Origin: a virus
Virus record (IMG/VR): IMGVR_UViG_3300031555_005516
Direction: 5' to 3' (one strand)
DNA: 64,000 nt
Of this stretch, positions 1-9,325 are shown piece after piece; position 1 is the first letter of the stretch, and each line of letters opens with the position of its first letter. The notes under the pieces were generated by a model, which was not told the DNA's origin, ran no database searches, and worked only from the letters and a program-made list of their open reading frames with translations. The position numbers and the translations under genes are program-made.

Positions 1-232
1 TACTCTATGCAACGATGGACGTAATATGGAATTAAATCATGAAAGGGTTGATGCAGAAGAATGATGATACAAAAAAACTATACAGAAGAGACTTATGAAA
101 ATGAGTTTATGTATCATATTTTAGTAGGAACAGATAGCAGTATTGAACGAGATATTATTTTAAAATATCTCGTTCAAGCTCAAGAAGAATATAAAGCTTG
201 GATAAGAAAATTTACAAAAGGAGAAAATAAAA

Positions 233-901
233 ATGGAAAATAAATATCAAGTAGTCGCGCTCATTGGAAAAGCGGGCGCAGGTAAAGATTCAATTCAAAA
301 GGCAACTTGCGAATTACACCCTCTCATGTTTCACCCTATTGTTAGCTGCACGACACGTCCAGCGCGAGAGGGGGAAGTAGAAGGAGTAGATTACCACTTT
401 ATTTCACTTAATGAGTTTACACGCAAGGTACTTAATGGAGATATGCTTGAAGCAACAGAGTTTAGAGATTGGTTTTATGGAACCACTCTTGATTCTCTTG
501 CAAAAGATAAAATCAATATTGGAGTATTTAATCCTGCAGGGGTTGAAGCTCTACTTGAAGATCCTCGCCTTAATGTTAAAGTATTTGAAATAGTGGCGCC
601 TGATAAGCAGCGATTAATGCGATATCTTAATAGAGAAGAATATCCCGATTGTGCAGAAATGTGCAGGCGCTACTTTACTGATGAAAAAGATTTTGCAGAC
701 CTTGATTTTGATAGATATAATATTGAAAATTATGATGGCACAAGTCTTGACCTTTTAGAAGACTGCAATAGTTGCATTGAAGAATTTGAAACAATGTGGC
801 AGACACTCGATGTAGATACTCAGTTCGAGACCATTAAGCGCTGGGAGAGCTCAATGTCGAAAAAAGCTGAATCAACTGATATTGAGGGCAGTGCTGAATA
901 A
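233..901 (+). CDS. P-loop nucleotide/nucleoside kinase-like protein (dNMP kinase-like)
   Basis: Intact 222-aa ORF with Walker A 'GKAGAGKDS' near the N-terminus. First gene of the nucleotide-metabolism module. TAA stop. Confidence 0.55.
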   Translation: MENKYQVVALIGKAGAGKDSIQKATCELHPLMFHPIVSCTTRPAREGEVEGVDYHFISLNEFTRKVLNGDMLEATEFRDWFYGTTLDSLAKDKINIGVFNPAGVEALLEDPRLNVKVFEIVAPDKQRLMRYLNREEYPDCAEMCRRYFTDEKDFADLDFDRYNIENYDGTSLDLLEDCNSCIEEFETMWQTLDVDTQFETIKRWESSMSKKAESTDIEGSAE

Positions 902-954
902 TTTATTTATAATAATTTTTATATATAAACGCAAAATCAAATGATAAGGAGAAA

Positions 955-1188
955 ATGACAATGAAATTTACTTTCTACTCAAAGCCTGGGTGTCCTCAAT
1001 GCAAAGTTCTTAAAATGAAGATGGACGCAGCAGGAATTCAATATACTCATATTGAGGATATAGATGCTATTATAGCACTTGGATATCAAGGAGCTCCTGT
1101 TTTAGTTACAGAAGTTGGAGCCTTTGTTGGACCAAACGCTATTAAATGGATAAATAACTGGATAAAGGAGCACCCAAATGGACATTAA
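955..1188 (+). CDS. nrdH: NrdH/glutaredoxin-like redoxin
   Basis: 77-aa ORF with a CPQC redox motif in a thioredoxin-fold context ('FYSKPGCPQCKVLK'). RBS 'aaggagaaaATG'. Lies immediately upstream of nrdD. Confidence 0.7.
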   Translation: MTMKFTFYSKPGCPQCKVLKMKMDAAGIQYTHIEDIDAIIALGYQGAPVLVTEVGAFVGPNAIKWINNWIKEHPNGH

Positions 1189-1285
1189 TGTTAGACTAAA
1201 AAAGAATTTTACCACAGCCTATAATAAGCTTTAGGCTGAATATGGAACAGATATTGCTAGACTCAATGGCTTTGACGATAATCAA

Positions 1286-4252
1286 TTGAGCTATGTTGAT
1301 TTTATTGATAATTTTATTGATACCAAAGTAGTTGCGGATGCGAGTATTGATGGCAATAGTAACGTCAGTAAAAAAGATATAGTAACACTTCTTAATGAAA
1401 TGCCAAAACCACATAGAAAATTATTGGCATATAATAAAATTCATTATGAAATGCAAAAAGAGTTTGGATTTAAAACAGCCAATGAATGGTTAAAATCTGA
1501 ATGGGTAGGACAGCTTTACATGCATGATGCTGATACTAGCACTTTTAAACACTACTGTTATAAAGGTGAAGAGCTTGTAACAGTAAGAGATAGAATACAC
1601 CGTGAATATACTTTTGCTTTAAAAGAGTTATATGACAATATTCTTGCAATGGATACCGAAGCAGAAGAGCGTTATGATGTATCTATTGAGCAAAAAGCAT
1701 TATTTCCAAAAAATATTGAGGTACTTGATATTAATGAAGAAACTGGAGAAAAATGTTGGACTAAGGTTACTCGCGCAGTTAAACACACAAATAATAAGTC
1801 TATGCGTTTTATTAAGTTAGCAAATGGTTTATCGCAAATTGTAACTGAAGACCATCCTATTATTACAGATTGTGGCGACATTCCTGCAAAAGATGTAAAT
1901 GATGAATATCGTGTCTTTACCATTCAACCCTCTTGCTCATTCAATTGCGAATTGCCTTTTAAACAAAATCAATTAAAAGATTTAGGATGGGTCACTGGCA
2001 TGGCCTTATCTGAAGGCAATGTTATAAATAATAGACAATTTGTTATAGCACAAAAATTAAATTCTATTCAAGCAGAGAAAATGAGACAAATTTTAAATAC
2101 TCATGAAATTCCTTTTGCAGAAAGTGGAGATAGAAAATTTTATCTGCACAACAGTGAATTCCAAAAATGGTTAATTTCTTTATTCAATAAACAAACTTCT
2201 GTTAATAAATGTTTGCCTTCTTATTTTATGCAATTACCATCAGATTTTATGGATGGGGTTATTGCAGGAATGATTGATGGAGATGGTACTATTGATGGAT
2301 ATAAGAATAGACATTGTCATATCCGTATTGCTTCAGAAGTTCTTTGTCGCCAGTTAAGCATGTATTTGCACTCAAAAGGAATCTTTGTAGGAGATAGAAC
2401 ACCATTTAGATATAATAGAATTGGAAGCTTTGAACAAAAGCTACCAATGTTCGGTATCGGCTTTACTCTTACAAATGAGGAATATTTTTTAAACATTGGA
2501 AGCGTTAAAATTCAAGAAAAATATACGCCTTTAACTCGAAAAGGCAATTTTAAAAATAAACAATATGAATACAACTATGGATGGGTTTCAATTATTGATA
2601 ACTCAGAGTATATTGATGAATGCCCTGAGGTATATGACTTAACAACAGAAACAGGTCATTTTATTTGTAATAATATTCTATCTCATAACTGTTTTGCTTA
2701 TGATCTAAAAGATTTAGCCGAAAAAGGACTTTATTTTATAGGAGCTCCATTTAATCCCGAACCTGCAAAACATTTAACAACTTTTGTAGACTTCGTTAAA
2801 GAATATATTAGTTATGCATCTAATCGTTCATCAGGCGCCGTCGGTTTGCCTAACCTTATTCCTTATATGTGGTATTTTTGGCATAAAGACGTTGAGTCTG
2901 ATTACCTTGGCTTAGCTTCAAGTGGCAATGCTGAAAAATATGCGCGCCAGAACTTTCAGCGTTTTGTCTACGCCGTAAATCAGCCTTATGTTCGTGATGG
3001 TTCGCAAAGCGCTTTTACTAACACAAGTGTATTTGATCGCCCCTATTATGAAGCATTATTTGGCGGTAGCGAATTTCCCGATGGCAGCTTTATGATTGAC
3101 TATGAAGAGGATATTATTGAGTTTCAAAAATGGTACATGGAAGAAGTTGCAGAAATTAGATCTCATAATATGTTTACTTTCCCAGTGCTTTCAATCTCTT
3201 TGCTAAAACAAGATGGAGAGTTCCAAGATGAGGAATTTGCGCGCTGGGCCGTAAAGCATAACATGCGTTGGTCAGATAGTAACTTGTTTATTGATGACTC
3301 TGTGACTTCACTTTCCAACTGTTGCCGTTTAAAGAGCGATATTAAGGATCTGGGTTATTTTAATAGTATCGGAGGTACTGCGCTTAAAGTTGGTTCTGTA
3401 AAAGTATCTACTATTAATCTTGCGCGCCTGGCGCTTGATACGAATAGTGAATTTGAATATCTAATGGAATTAAGAAAGCGCACTTTACTTAATCTTCAGG
3501 CTCTTCATTGTGTTAGAAATATTATTCGTCGTAATGTTGAAAAAGGACTTCTCCCCAATTTCTCTATGGGGCTTGTAGATTTTGAACATCTCTATAACAC
3601 TATTGGCTTTATTGGCGTTTATGAAACAATGAAGCGCTTTGGCTATACTCGCACAGATGATTTTGGAAATGTATACTATACAGAAGAAGCGTCTTCGCTT
3701 GGTCAGAGAATTTTCCAAACGATGCGTGAGGTTGCTGATCAGTTTATTGAAGATATGAGTGCCGACTATCATATTAACACAGAGCAGATCCCTGGAGAGT
3801 CAGCCGCCGCCAAACTAATGCGTAAAGATAAATTCTTCTATCCAGATTCTGATATCTTTGATCTTCCTTTATATGGCAATCAATTTATTCCTCTTGGTAT
3901 TCAAACTACTCTTGCGGAACGTGTTAGAATTGCCGCGGAGTTTGATGGCTACTGCAATGGAGGTTCAATTCTTCACGCCAATATTGATGCTCCATTTGAC
4001 AATTTTGATAAAGCTTGGGAAATGGTTAACTATATTTCTGATGCTGGAGTAACATATTTTGCTTTTAATACTAAAATCCAAGCTTGCGATAATAATCATG
4101 CGTTTTATGGTCACGAATGCCCCGTTTGTGGTCGTCCAGTTGAAACCGAATATACAAGAATTGTAGGCTTTTATACACCGATTAAAACTTGGTCAAAAGA
4201 GCGCACAAATGAATATAAAATGAGAAAATGGGAGCCAGTAAATAAAAAATGA
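1286..4252 (+). CDS. nrdD: Anaerobic (class III) ribonucleoside-triphosphate reductase NrdD, interrupted by an intein
   Basis: 988-aa ORF. The N-terminal 'LYMHDADT' matches the T4/E. coli NrdD 'IHVHDIDY' region. The C-terminal 'CPVCGRPV...TRIVGFYTP' is the zinc-ribbon plus glycyl-radical motif. The two exteins total about 610 aa, normal NrdD length. The stop overlaps the nrdG start (ATGA). Confidence 0.85.
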   Translation: MSYVDFIDNFIDTKVVADASIDGNSNVSKKDIVTLLNEMPKPHRKLLAYNKIHYEMQKEFGFKTANEWLKSEWVGQLYMHDADTSTFKHYCYKGEELVTVRDRIHREYTFALKELYDNILAMDTEAEERYDVSIEQKALFPKNIEVLDINEETGEKCWTKVTRAVKHTNNKSMRFIKLANGLSQIVTEDHPIITDCGDIPAKDVNDEYRVFTIQPSCSFNCELPFKQNQLKDLGWVTGMALSEGNVINNRQFVIAQKLNSIQAEKMRQILNTHEIPFAESGDRKFYLHNSEFQKWLISLFNKQTSVNKCLPSYFMQLPSDFMDGVIAGMIDGDGTIDGYKNRHCHIRIASEVLCRQLSMYLHSKGIFVGDRTPFRYNRIGSFEQKLPMFGIGFTLTNEEYFLNIGSVKIQEKYTPLTRKGNFKNKQYEYNYGWVSIIDNSEYIDECPEVYDLTTETGHFICNNILSHNCFAYDLKDLAEKGLYFIGAPFNPEPAKHLTTFVDFVKEYISYASNRSSGAVGLPNLIPYMWYFWHKDVESDYLGLASSGNAEKYARQNFQRFVYAVNQPYVRDGSQSAFTNTSVFDRPYYEALFGGSEFPDGSFMIDYEEDIIEFQKWYMEEVAEIRSHNMFTFPVLSISLLKQDGEFQDEEFARWAVKHNMRWSDSNLFIDDSVTSLSNCCRLKSDIKDLGYFNSIGGTALKVGSVKVSTINLARLALDTNSEFEYLMELRKRTLLNLQALHCVRNIIRRNVEKGLLPNFSMGLVDFEHLYNTIGFIGVYETMKRFGYTRTDDFGNVYYTEEASSLGQRIFQTMREVADQFIEDMSADYHINTEQIPGESAAAKLMRKDKFFYPDSDIFDLPLYGNQFIPLGIQTTLAERVRIAAEFDGYCNGGSILHANIDAPFDNFDKAWEMVNYISDAGVTYFAFNTKIQACDNNHAFYGHECPVCGRPVETEYTRIVGFYTPIKTWSKERTNEYKMRKWEPVNKK
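1556..2689 (+). mobile_element. Intein (~378 aa) with a LAGLIDADG homing-endonuclease core, inserted in nrdD
   Basis: Begins with Cys ('HY|CYKGEELV') and ends 'ILSHN' followed by a +1 Cys ('CFAYDL'). Two LAGLIDADG-type blocks ('LGWVTGMALSEGNV', 'DGVIAGMIDGDGTIDG'). Inserted directly before the conserved active-site Cys of NrdD (T4 'NCCLVDLKG'). Confidence 0.75.
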
Positions 4253-4731
4253 AAGTCAAAGGAATTATAACAGAAGATTTCGTTAATTATAAAATTCCTT
4301 CTTTAACAATAGAAACTCCTTATTGCAAAGGTTTTAAATGTGATCGAGAATGCGGCATGCCAGTGTGTCAAAATAGTACATTGGCAAATATGCCAACTCT
4401 TGATTATTCAATAGACTCTATTATTGAGCTATATCAAAAGACTCCGTTTACACATGCAATAGTATTTCAAGGATTGGAGCCTTTTGATACCTTTGAAGAC
4501 TTATATGACTTTCTCTTTGTTTTTAGAGAATGTTATTTAATAGAAGATGATGTTGTTATTTACACAGGATATTATGATGATGAGATTGAAGATCAATTAA
4601 ATCAATTAAAACATTTTTCAAATATTATTGTAAAATTTGGACGCTATATTCCAGATATGGAATCTCACTTTGATGATATACTTGGAGTAAAACTTGCTAG
4701 TCCAAATCAATATGCAGAAAGGATTAGCTAA
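4249..4731 (+). CDS. nrdG: Anaerobic RNR activating enzyme NrdG-like (radical SAM)
   Basis: 160 aa, Cys cluster 'CKGFKCDRECGMPVC' near the N-terminus. 'AIVFQGLEPFD...VVIYTGYYDDEIEDQL' parallels E. coli NrdG 'ISLSGGDPL...IWVWTGYKLDEL'. Translationally coupled to nrdD. The Cys spacing is atypical (C-x4-C-x3-C). Confidence 0.6.
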   Translation: MKVKGIITEDFVNYKIPSLTIETPYCKGFKCDRECGMPVCQNSTLANMPTLDYSIDSIIELYQKTPFTHAIVFQGLEPFDTFEDLYDFLFVFRECYLIEDDVVIYTGYYDDEIEDQLNQLKHFSNIIVKFGRYIPDMESHFDDILGVKLASPNQYAERIS

Positions 4732-4925
4732 TGAAAATTCAAAAATATGCAAGCGAAGAACTTGCGCAGGAAATACGCGCATCAATTCGTGCATCTCAAG
4801 GTCATTGCCCTTGTGTATTGGAGCCTTTTAGAAATCAAGATACTTTATGTATGTGTAAAGAATTTCGTGAAGCGCCAAAAGGAACGATATGTAACTGTGG
4901 CTTATATATTAAAGTAGAAGATTGA
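4731..4925 (+). CDS. Small Cys-rich protein resembling the ferredoxin:thioredoxin reductase catalytic subunit (FTR/FDR-like)
   Basis: 64 aa with 'HCPC...(12)...CMC...(11)...CNC' spacing, like FtrC 'CPC...CPC...CHC'. Overlaps the nrdG stop (taATGa). Confidence 0.4.
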   Translation: MKIQKYASEELAQEIRASIRASQGHCPCVLEPFRNQDTLCMCKEFREAPKGTICNCGLYIKVED

Positions 4926-4983
4926 ATTTTATAAAAAATTAAGTTATAATTATTTTATAAAGTGATAAGGAGAAGAAAAGTTA

Positions 4984-5415
4984 ATGAAAGCCAATTATGA
5001 AGATAAAATTCCAAAGAAAACTTCTGAAGTTGCTCTTGGAAATCTCTATGATATGAATAAGCAACTTATGGAAAAAGAAATTGCTTTAACAGATAATGAA
5101 ATTATGAATACTGAAACCGCTCTTAAAAACTGGCTCATAGAATTATTTGCACAAAAATATTTTATGCTACTCTGTCACGAGCGCAGAGATTATACTCTAT
5201 TTAATCTTGATAAAACCAATTCTTGGAAAATACCACAAGATAAAATGGTAATGGACGCAGCCTTTGATATTATAGAATGTTTAACAAACCGCGGAACTTT
5301 ACTTTCAGCCGAATTACAGCCAGACGGAGTATGGGAGTTTTGGATTAAAGATCTTGTTGAAGGATGTTTTGCTTATTACCTTTTCCCATATGGTGAAGCA
5401 GTGCTTGAGTATTGA
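4984..5415 (+). CDS. Hypothetical protein
   Basis: Intact 143-aa ORF, RBS 'aaggagaag' upstream, TGA stop. No recognisable motif. Confidence 0.4.
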   Translation: MKANYEDKIPKKTSEVALGNLYDMNKQLMEKEIALTDNEIMNTETALKNWLIELFAQKYFMLLCHERRDYTLFNLDKTNSWKIPQDKMVMDAAFDIIECLTNRGTLLSAELQPDGVWEFWIKDLVEGCFAYYLFPYGEAVLEY

Positions 5416-5425
5416 GGAGGATAAT

Positions 5426-5686
5426 ATGAATAAACTTATAATTCGTGGAGAGCCTGTTGGACCCTTTCAATATGTTTACGCTTATGTAGATGGGAAGAAA
5501 GTAGAGTCAATAGGAATACAAATAGAAAATTTAGAAGATGTCGTTTTTGCATTGCTAAAAAATTATAATATTAATCATATTGATTTATCAGGTTCTCGCC
5601 TTTATATGGAAGGAATAGAGCATATGTTAAAAAACGCACAGATAAATGATTATGAAAAAACGGAACTTATTTTTAAATATGTTTAA
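5426..5686 (+). CDS. Hypothetical protein
   Basis: The track ORF 5354..5686 has an internal ATG at 5426 preceded by 'gaggagga'. Likely true start 'MNKLIIRGEPVG'. TAA stop. Confidence 0.4.
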   Translation: MNKLIIRGEPVGPFQYVYAYVDGKKVESIGIQIENLEDVVFALLKNYNINHIDLSGSRLYMEGIEHMLKNAQINDYEKTELIFKYV

Positions 5687-5697
5687 GGAGAAGGTGT

Positions 5698-5949
5698 ATG
5701 GGAAAATATCTAATAAAAACAACAGAAGAACATCGTGCAGATACTGAGCATGAAGCGGCAGAGCTTATCAATGCAGCAAAAGCAGATGGACGCTATATTC
5801 TTGTAAAATATTCCTCTGTAAAAAAAGAAAGAAAGCAAAAAGGTGAAATAGTAGACGAATATTATATAGTCACCTTGGTGAAAGGATTTGATGATCCTAA
5901 GCAACCCTGTGGTGAAGCCTCAGTAGAATATAAGATAGGAGCGTTTTAA
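5698..5949 (+). CDS. Hypothetical protein
   Basis: 83-aa ORF, RBS 'aaggagaagg'. Charged, no motif recognised. Confidence 0.4.
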   Translation: MGKYLIKTTEEHRADTEHEAAELINAAKADGRYILVKYSSVKKERKQKGEIVDEYYIVTLVKGFDDPKQPCGEASVEYKIGAF

Positions 5950-5951
5950 TT

Positions 5952-6437
5952 ATGAATATAAAAAATGGATATATAGTTACTCCGAAGCCCGCTAATGAAA
6001 TCGATTTTGTAAAGCTTACATCTACTGCACAGGCGCCGGTGAGAGGAAGTGAACAGGCAGCTGGTTGGGATCTTCATGCTGACCTAGAAGGATTAGATAA
6101 GATTGTAATTCCACCTCACACCTATAAAAAAATTTCTACAGGCATTGCTATTGCGCTGCCTCGGGGCACCTTTGGCGCAATCTATCCACGAAGCGGAATG
6201 GCAACAAAAAGAGGTCTTGTATTAGCAAACACTGTTGGCATCATTGATGCAGACTATAGAGGCGCCGTCATAGTGGCTCTTAAAAATGATTCTGATGAAA
6301 TGCAAGTAATAGAACATGGTGAACGTATTGCGCAACTAATTGTTCAACCTTTCTTACGTGTTGAATTTAACGAAGTAAAATCAATTGGAACTACTGCTCG
6401 AGCAGATGGTGGCTTTGGGTCAAGTGGAAATAAATAA
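5952..6437 (+). CDS. dut: dUTP diphosphatase (dUTPase)
   Basis: All five dUTPase motifs are visible: 'AAGWDL', 'PRSGMA', 'GIIDADYRG', 'GERIAQL', 'RADGGFGSSG'. Confidence 0.9.
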   Translation: MNIKNGYIVTPKPANEIDFVKLTSTAQAPVRGSEQAAGWDLHADLEGLDKIVIPPHTYKKISTGIAIALPRGTFGAIYPRSGMATKRGLVLANTVGIIDADYRGAVIVALKNDSDEMQVIEHGERIAQLIVQPFLRVEFNEVKSIGTTARADGGFGSSGNK

Positions 6438-6442
6438 TTTAA

Positions 6443-6477
6443 AGAGCGAGATTAAATCTCGCTCTTTTTGATTTTTT
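6443..6477 (+). terminator. Rho-independent terminator after dut
   Basis: Hairpin 'agagcgagat-taa-atctcgctct' followed by a T-run. Confidence 0.6.
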
Positions 6478-6519
6478 AAAAAATTTAAAATATAATATAT
6501 CCAGAATGGAGGTGCATTT

Positions 6520-7029
6520 ATGTACTTATTGGCATTAGATGCTTCAACTAAAGCAACAGGAATTGCAATTTTTAAAGATAAAGAATTAATTGGATAGGCT
6601 TGTATTACCTCTTCATCTACAGATCTATATAAAAGAATACATAAAATGGTGGACAATATTCTAGCTGTCGTAGATTAGCTAGGAATTAATTAGATTGTAA
6701 TGGAAGAAGTTATTCCAGATCATAGTAAAAACACAAATACATTTCGTGCATTAATGTATTTATAGGCATTAATTCATATTGAAATGCACGATAAACATCC
6801 AGAGGTATAGATTGAAATGATTTATCCTAGCTCTTGGCGCTCAGTATGTGGCATAGAAGATGGACGCAGCTCTAAACGAGAATAGAAAAAGCAAAAAGAT
6901 ATTGATTTCGCAAATAAAACATATAATCTATCTTTAACCAATGATGATATAGCAGATGCCGTATGCATAGGCCATGCCTATCTTAATCCTAAAAAAGAAA
7001 AAGATTATACCGCAGCTTTGGAATGGTAA
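6520..7029 (+). CDS. RuvC-like Holliday-junction resolvase containing 5 in-frame TAG codons (recoded)
   Basis: RBS 'ggaggtg' then ATG. 'MYLLALDASTKATGIAIF' matches RuvC 'ILGIDPGSRVTGYGV', and the C-terminal 'DADAVCIGHAY' matches RuvC 'DAADALAIAI'. Five in-frame TAGs (first at 6595-6597) and no TAA/TGA until 7027-7029. One TAG aligns with Gln in the RuvC 'KLGQARG' block ('MYL*ALI'). Confidence 0.7.
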
Positions 7030-7047
7030 ACAAAAGAGGAAGATATA

Positions 7048-7371
7048 TTATCTATATCTTCCTCTTTTTATTCTTTCAAACATCATATCAGTAATGTCTA
7101 TAATCTCCTCTCCAAACACAGAAATAATTTCTGCAATTAACTCCTCTTCATCGTGCTCTAACAGGACATTATACGCAAACATTGAGGCATGTACTAATTC
7201 ATGACACAATACCTGCTCAAACATCTCACTATGAAGCGCATTACTGATATAGATAGTTTTAGTAGTATCATTACACGCTCCTAAAGCATATCTACCATTT
7301 GGCATTAAAAGTGCAACGTCGTATGGATAAACTAAAACTATCTACCAATATTCTCCATTAATAGTAAACAT
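7048..7371 (-). CDS. Small HExxH metallopeptidase-like protein (1 in-frame TAG)
   Basis: Track ORF 7048..7305 carries 'CHELVH'. It extends upstream through a TAG at 7342-7344 to an ATG at 7369-7371 ('MFTINGEYW*IVLVYPYDVALLMPNG...'). A TAA lies immediately upstream. Confidence 0.45.
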
Positions 7372-8108
7372 TATTTTACTTTAGATGCTAACATAGAGAT
7401 CTTCTATTGAAGAAGTTGTTTCTCTTCTGGAGATGCATCTTGAATCATTTCAGTCATATCATTTGCAAGCTCTTGCATATAAGATTCAAGTTCCTGCATT
7501 TGTTTGGACTTGTCATGATGTCCTTTTCCTTCCATATACATCTTGCGGCGCTCACCGCTTCTTCCTTCTTTAGGGTCGCGCATCATTGCATGTCTTGGGT
7601 CCTGCATCATACCGTCTCTATAAATATAGGGCATAGGTTCATGATACATAGAATATGAAGAAGCTCCTCCATCATTATACATAGAGTAGGATGTTTGTCC
7701 GTCATCATAGCGTCTGATCATTCCATCCATATATCCTCTAGTGCCGCCTCCGCGAGCATTGTTTCCACCAGAAGAACGACCGCCGTTACCACCATTTGAT
7801 GAAGAGCCTCTGCCACCACTATTGCCGCCTTGCGCATACATAGTGCCAGGATAATATCTCTCATCATAACGAGGATCATACATTTCTGCTGGGTATGGAG
7901 AATAATACATAGGCATACTGCCTTTTTCTTCATTAGCTTGCTTTTCCATTGATTCTGTTATAGTGCAATAGTAAACAGCTTCAGAAAGGTCTTTAATCAT
8001 ATCCATTACTTCGCCAAGCTCTTCAGCATTGACTTTTTCAAGGTTTCCATAAACTTGTCCTTCAGCAACGCCAATAAGACATTCTTTCATTTTCTTTAAA
8101 TTTTCCAT
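7371..8108 (-). CDS. Low-complexity Gly/Asn/Met/Tyr-rich hypothetical protein
   Basis: The 234-aa track ORF 7404..8108 ends on TAG. Read-through adds 10 codons to a TAA at 7371-7373, overlapping the next start (TAATG). The middle is low-complexity 'GGNSGGRGSSSNGGNGGRSSGGNN'. Confidence 0.4.
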
Positions 8109-8109
8109 A

Positions 8110-8529
8110 TTATGCCACCCTTTCTATGATTAAATTTGCGTTTTGTACATCGATATCTTGTGTACTTGTGTTTCTTGCTGCAACAGAAATGCAGCAACCT
8201 GCTGGAACATCAATATAAGCTGCGCTAGCCACATTTGCAAATTCCTCTACCGCAGCAGGAGTTTGAATCATAGTTGTTGAAGCAATAGCCTCTCCATTTA
8301 CCGAGATGGCAATTGAAATGGCTTCTACGGTTCCATCTGCAGGAATAGCAATATTTCCGCTAAAGAAAACCTTGAATCTTGCGCGACACTGATTGGTAAT
8401 GCCGCGCAAGGTAATTAAGCCACTTCCTGCTCGATGGAGAATCGAGTTACATCCACTAACAACTTCATCTGTAAACTGAACATTTTCGCCAGCACCAACT
8501 GTTTGTAAAGCATTAGCAATTAATTCCAT
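8110..8529 (-). CDS. Hypothetical protein (possible beta-rich/jelly-roll domain)
   Basis: Intact 139-aa ORF, hydrophobic/Ala-rich. No motif identified. Confidence 0.4.
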   Translation of the reverse strand: MELIANALQTVGAGENVQFTDEVVSGCNSILHRAGSGLITLRGITNQCRARFKVFFSGNIAIPADGTVEAISIAISVNGEAIASTTMIQTPAAVEEFANVASAAYIDVPAGCCISVAARNTSTQDIDVQNANLIIERVA

Positions 8530-8554
8530 TCTTTTTCAAGCCTCCATTCTTAGA

Positions 8555-9325
8555 TTAGAAGCAACCGCAGCCGCAGTTAGAAGATGCGATCTGAACCTGA
8601 GGGGTATAGCAGCAATTAGGATTTGGAACTACATACGCAGGAATTGGGCAATCTCTGCCAAGTCTACGAATAAGTTCTGCTGTTTGAGCCTCTTGGTTAG
8701 CAGTGATAAATGCATTCTGATTTGCTTGAGATGCCGCAAACTTAAGAGATTGATTCTCCGCAGTAAGAGAAGCGATCTTATCTTGCGTCATGAAGTCAAT
8801 GATTCTATCACCAAGTTTGTCAATAGCCTGAAGCGTGTTGCAATTATAGGTTTGAGCAGCAAAACGGTTTTCCATATTAGCCTTCTCAATGTCACAGCAG
8901 CAAGCCGCTAACTGGCTAGATAGGGCATTAGTGTTAATTACACCCTGAGTTTTTACGTCTGCGATAGCGGCACGAGTGTCGCAGCAGCATTGTGCAAGTT
9001 GATTACCAAGTGCGGTAAAGCCTGCCTGATTTTGGTATCCAAGAGTACAGATTGCATTATCTACTCCATGGAATCCAGATGTGATAGCATTACTTAATGA
9101 ATAAGTGCTATCAGCGAGACCGTAGGTTTGGTTATCAAGTTTAGAAATAAGGGTTTGCTGATCAACAGCCGCGCGAACGTCGTCTTTAGTTGCACAAGCG
9201 CCCGAACTAGAGCCAAATCCATAGAAGTAGGGATTAAGAACGTATCCACTTCCTCCTTCGGAACCTCCATTGCCCCAGCCGTTTCTTCCCCATCCAGTGA
9301 ATAGGAAAAGAAGAATGATCCCTTC
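8555..9325 (-). CDS. Gly-rich and Cys-rich secreted-type protein; start and frame ambiguous
   Basis: Track ORF 8555..8875 continues upstream without a stop through repeated '...LAQCCCDTRAAIADVKTQ...LAACCCDIEKAN...' and a Gly-rich N-region 'GWGRNGWGNGGSEGGSGY'. It ends 'NCGCGCF'. The only ATG with an RBS ('aggataacATG', 9325-9327) is in the -1 frame. Confidence 0.3.
   Translation of the reverse strand, partial: EGIILLFLFTGWGRNGWGNGGSEGGSGYVLNPYFYGFGSSSGACATKDDVRAAVDQQTLISKLDNQTYGLADSTYSLSNAITSGFHGVDNAICTLGYQNQAGFTALGNQLAQCCCDTRAAIADVKTQGVINTNALSSQLAACCCDIEKANMENRFAAQTYNCNTLQAIDKLGDRIIDFMTQDKIASLTAENQSLKFAASQANQNAFITANQEAQTAELIRRLGRDCPIPAYVVPNPNCCYTPQVQIASSNCGCGCF

Noticed and set aside
1196-1414. 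Antisense ORFs inside nrdD and other early genes (1196..1414, 1672..1923, 3485..3772, 411..593, 1632..1820, 3858..4052, 5710..5904, 6420..6656)
   Set aside because: They overlap well-supported genes on the opposite strand or in other frames. They lack RBS and have Ile/Leu/Phe-rich composition typical of AT-rich spurious ORFs.
7029-7048. Missing terminator at the convergent junction of the + strand RuvC-like gene and the - strand operon end
   Set aside because: The gap is only 18 nt and contains no hairpin. It is noted, but with such tight convergence termination may rely on hairpins inside the opposing coding sequence. It was not scored as a finding.
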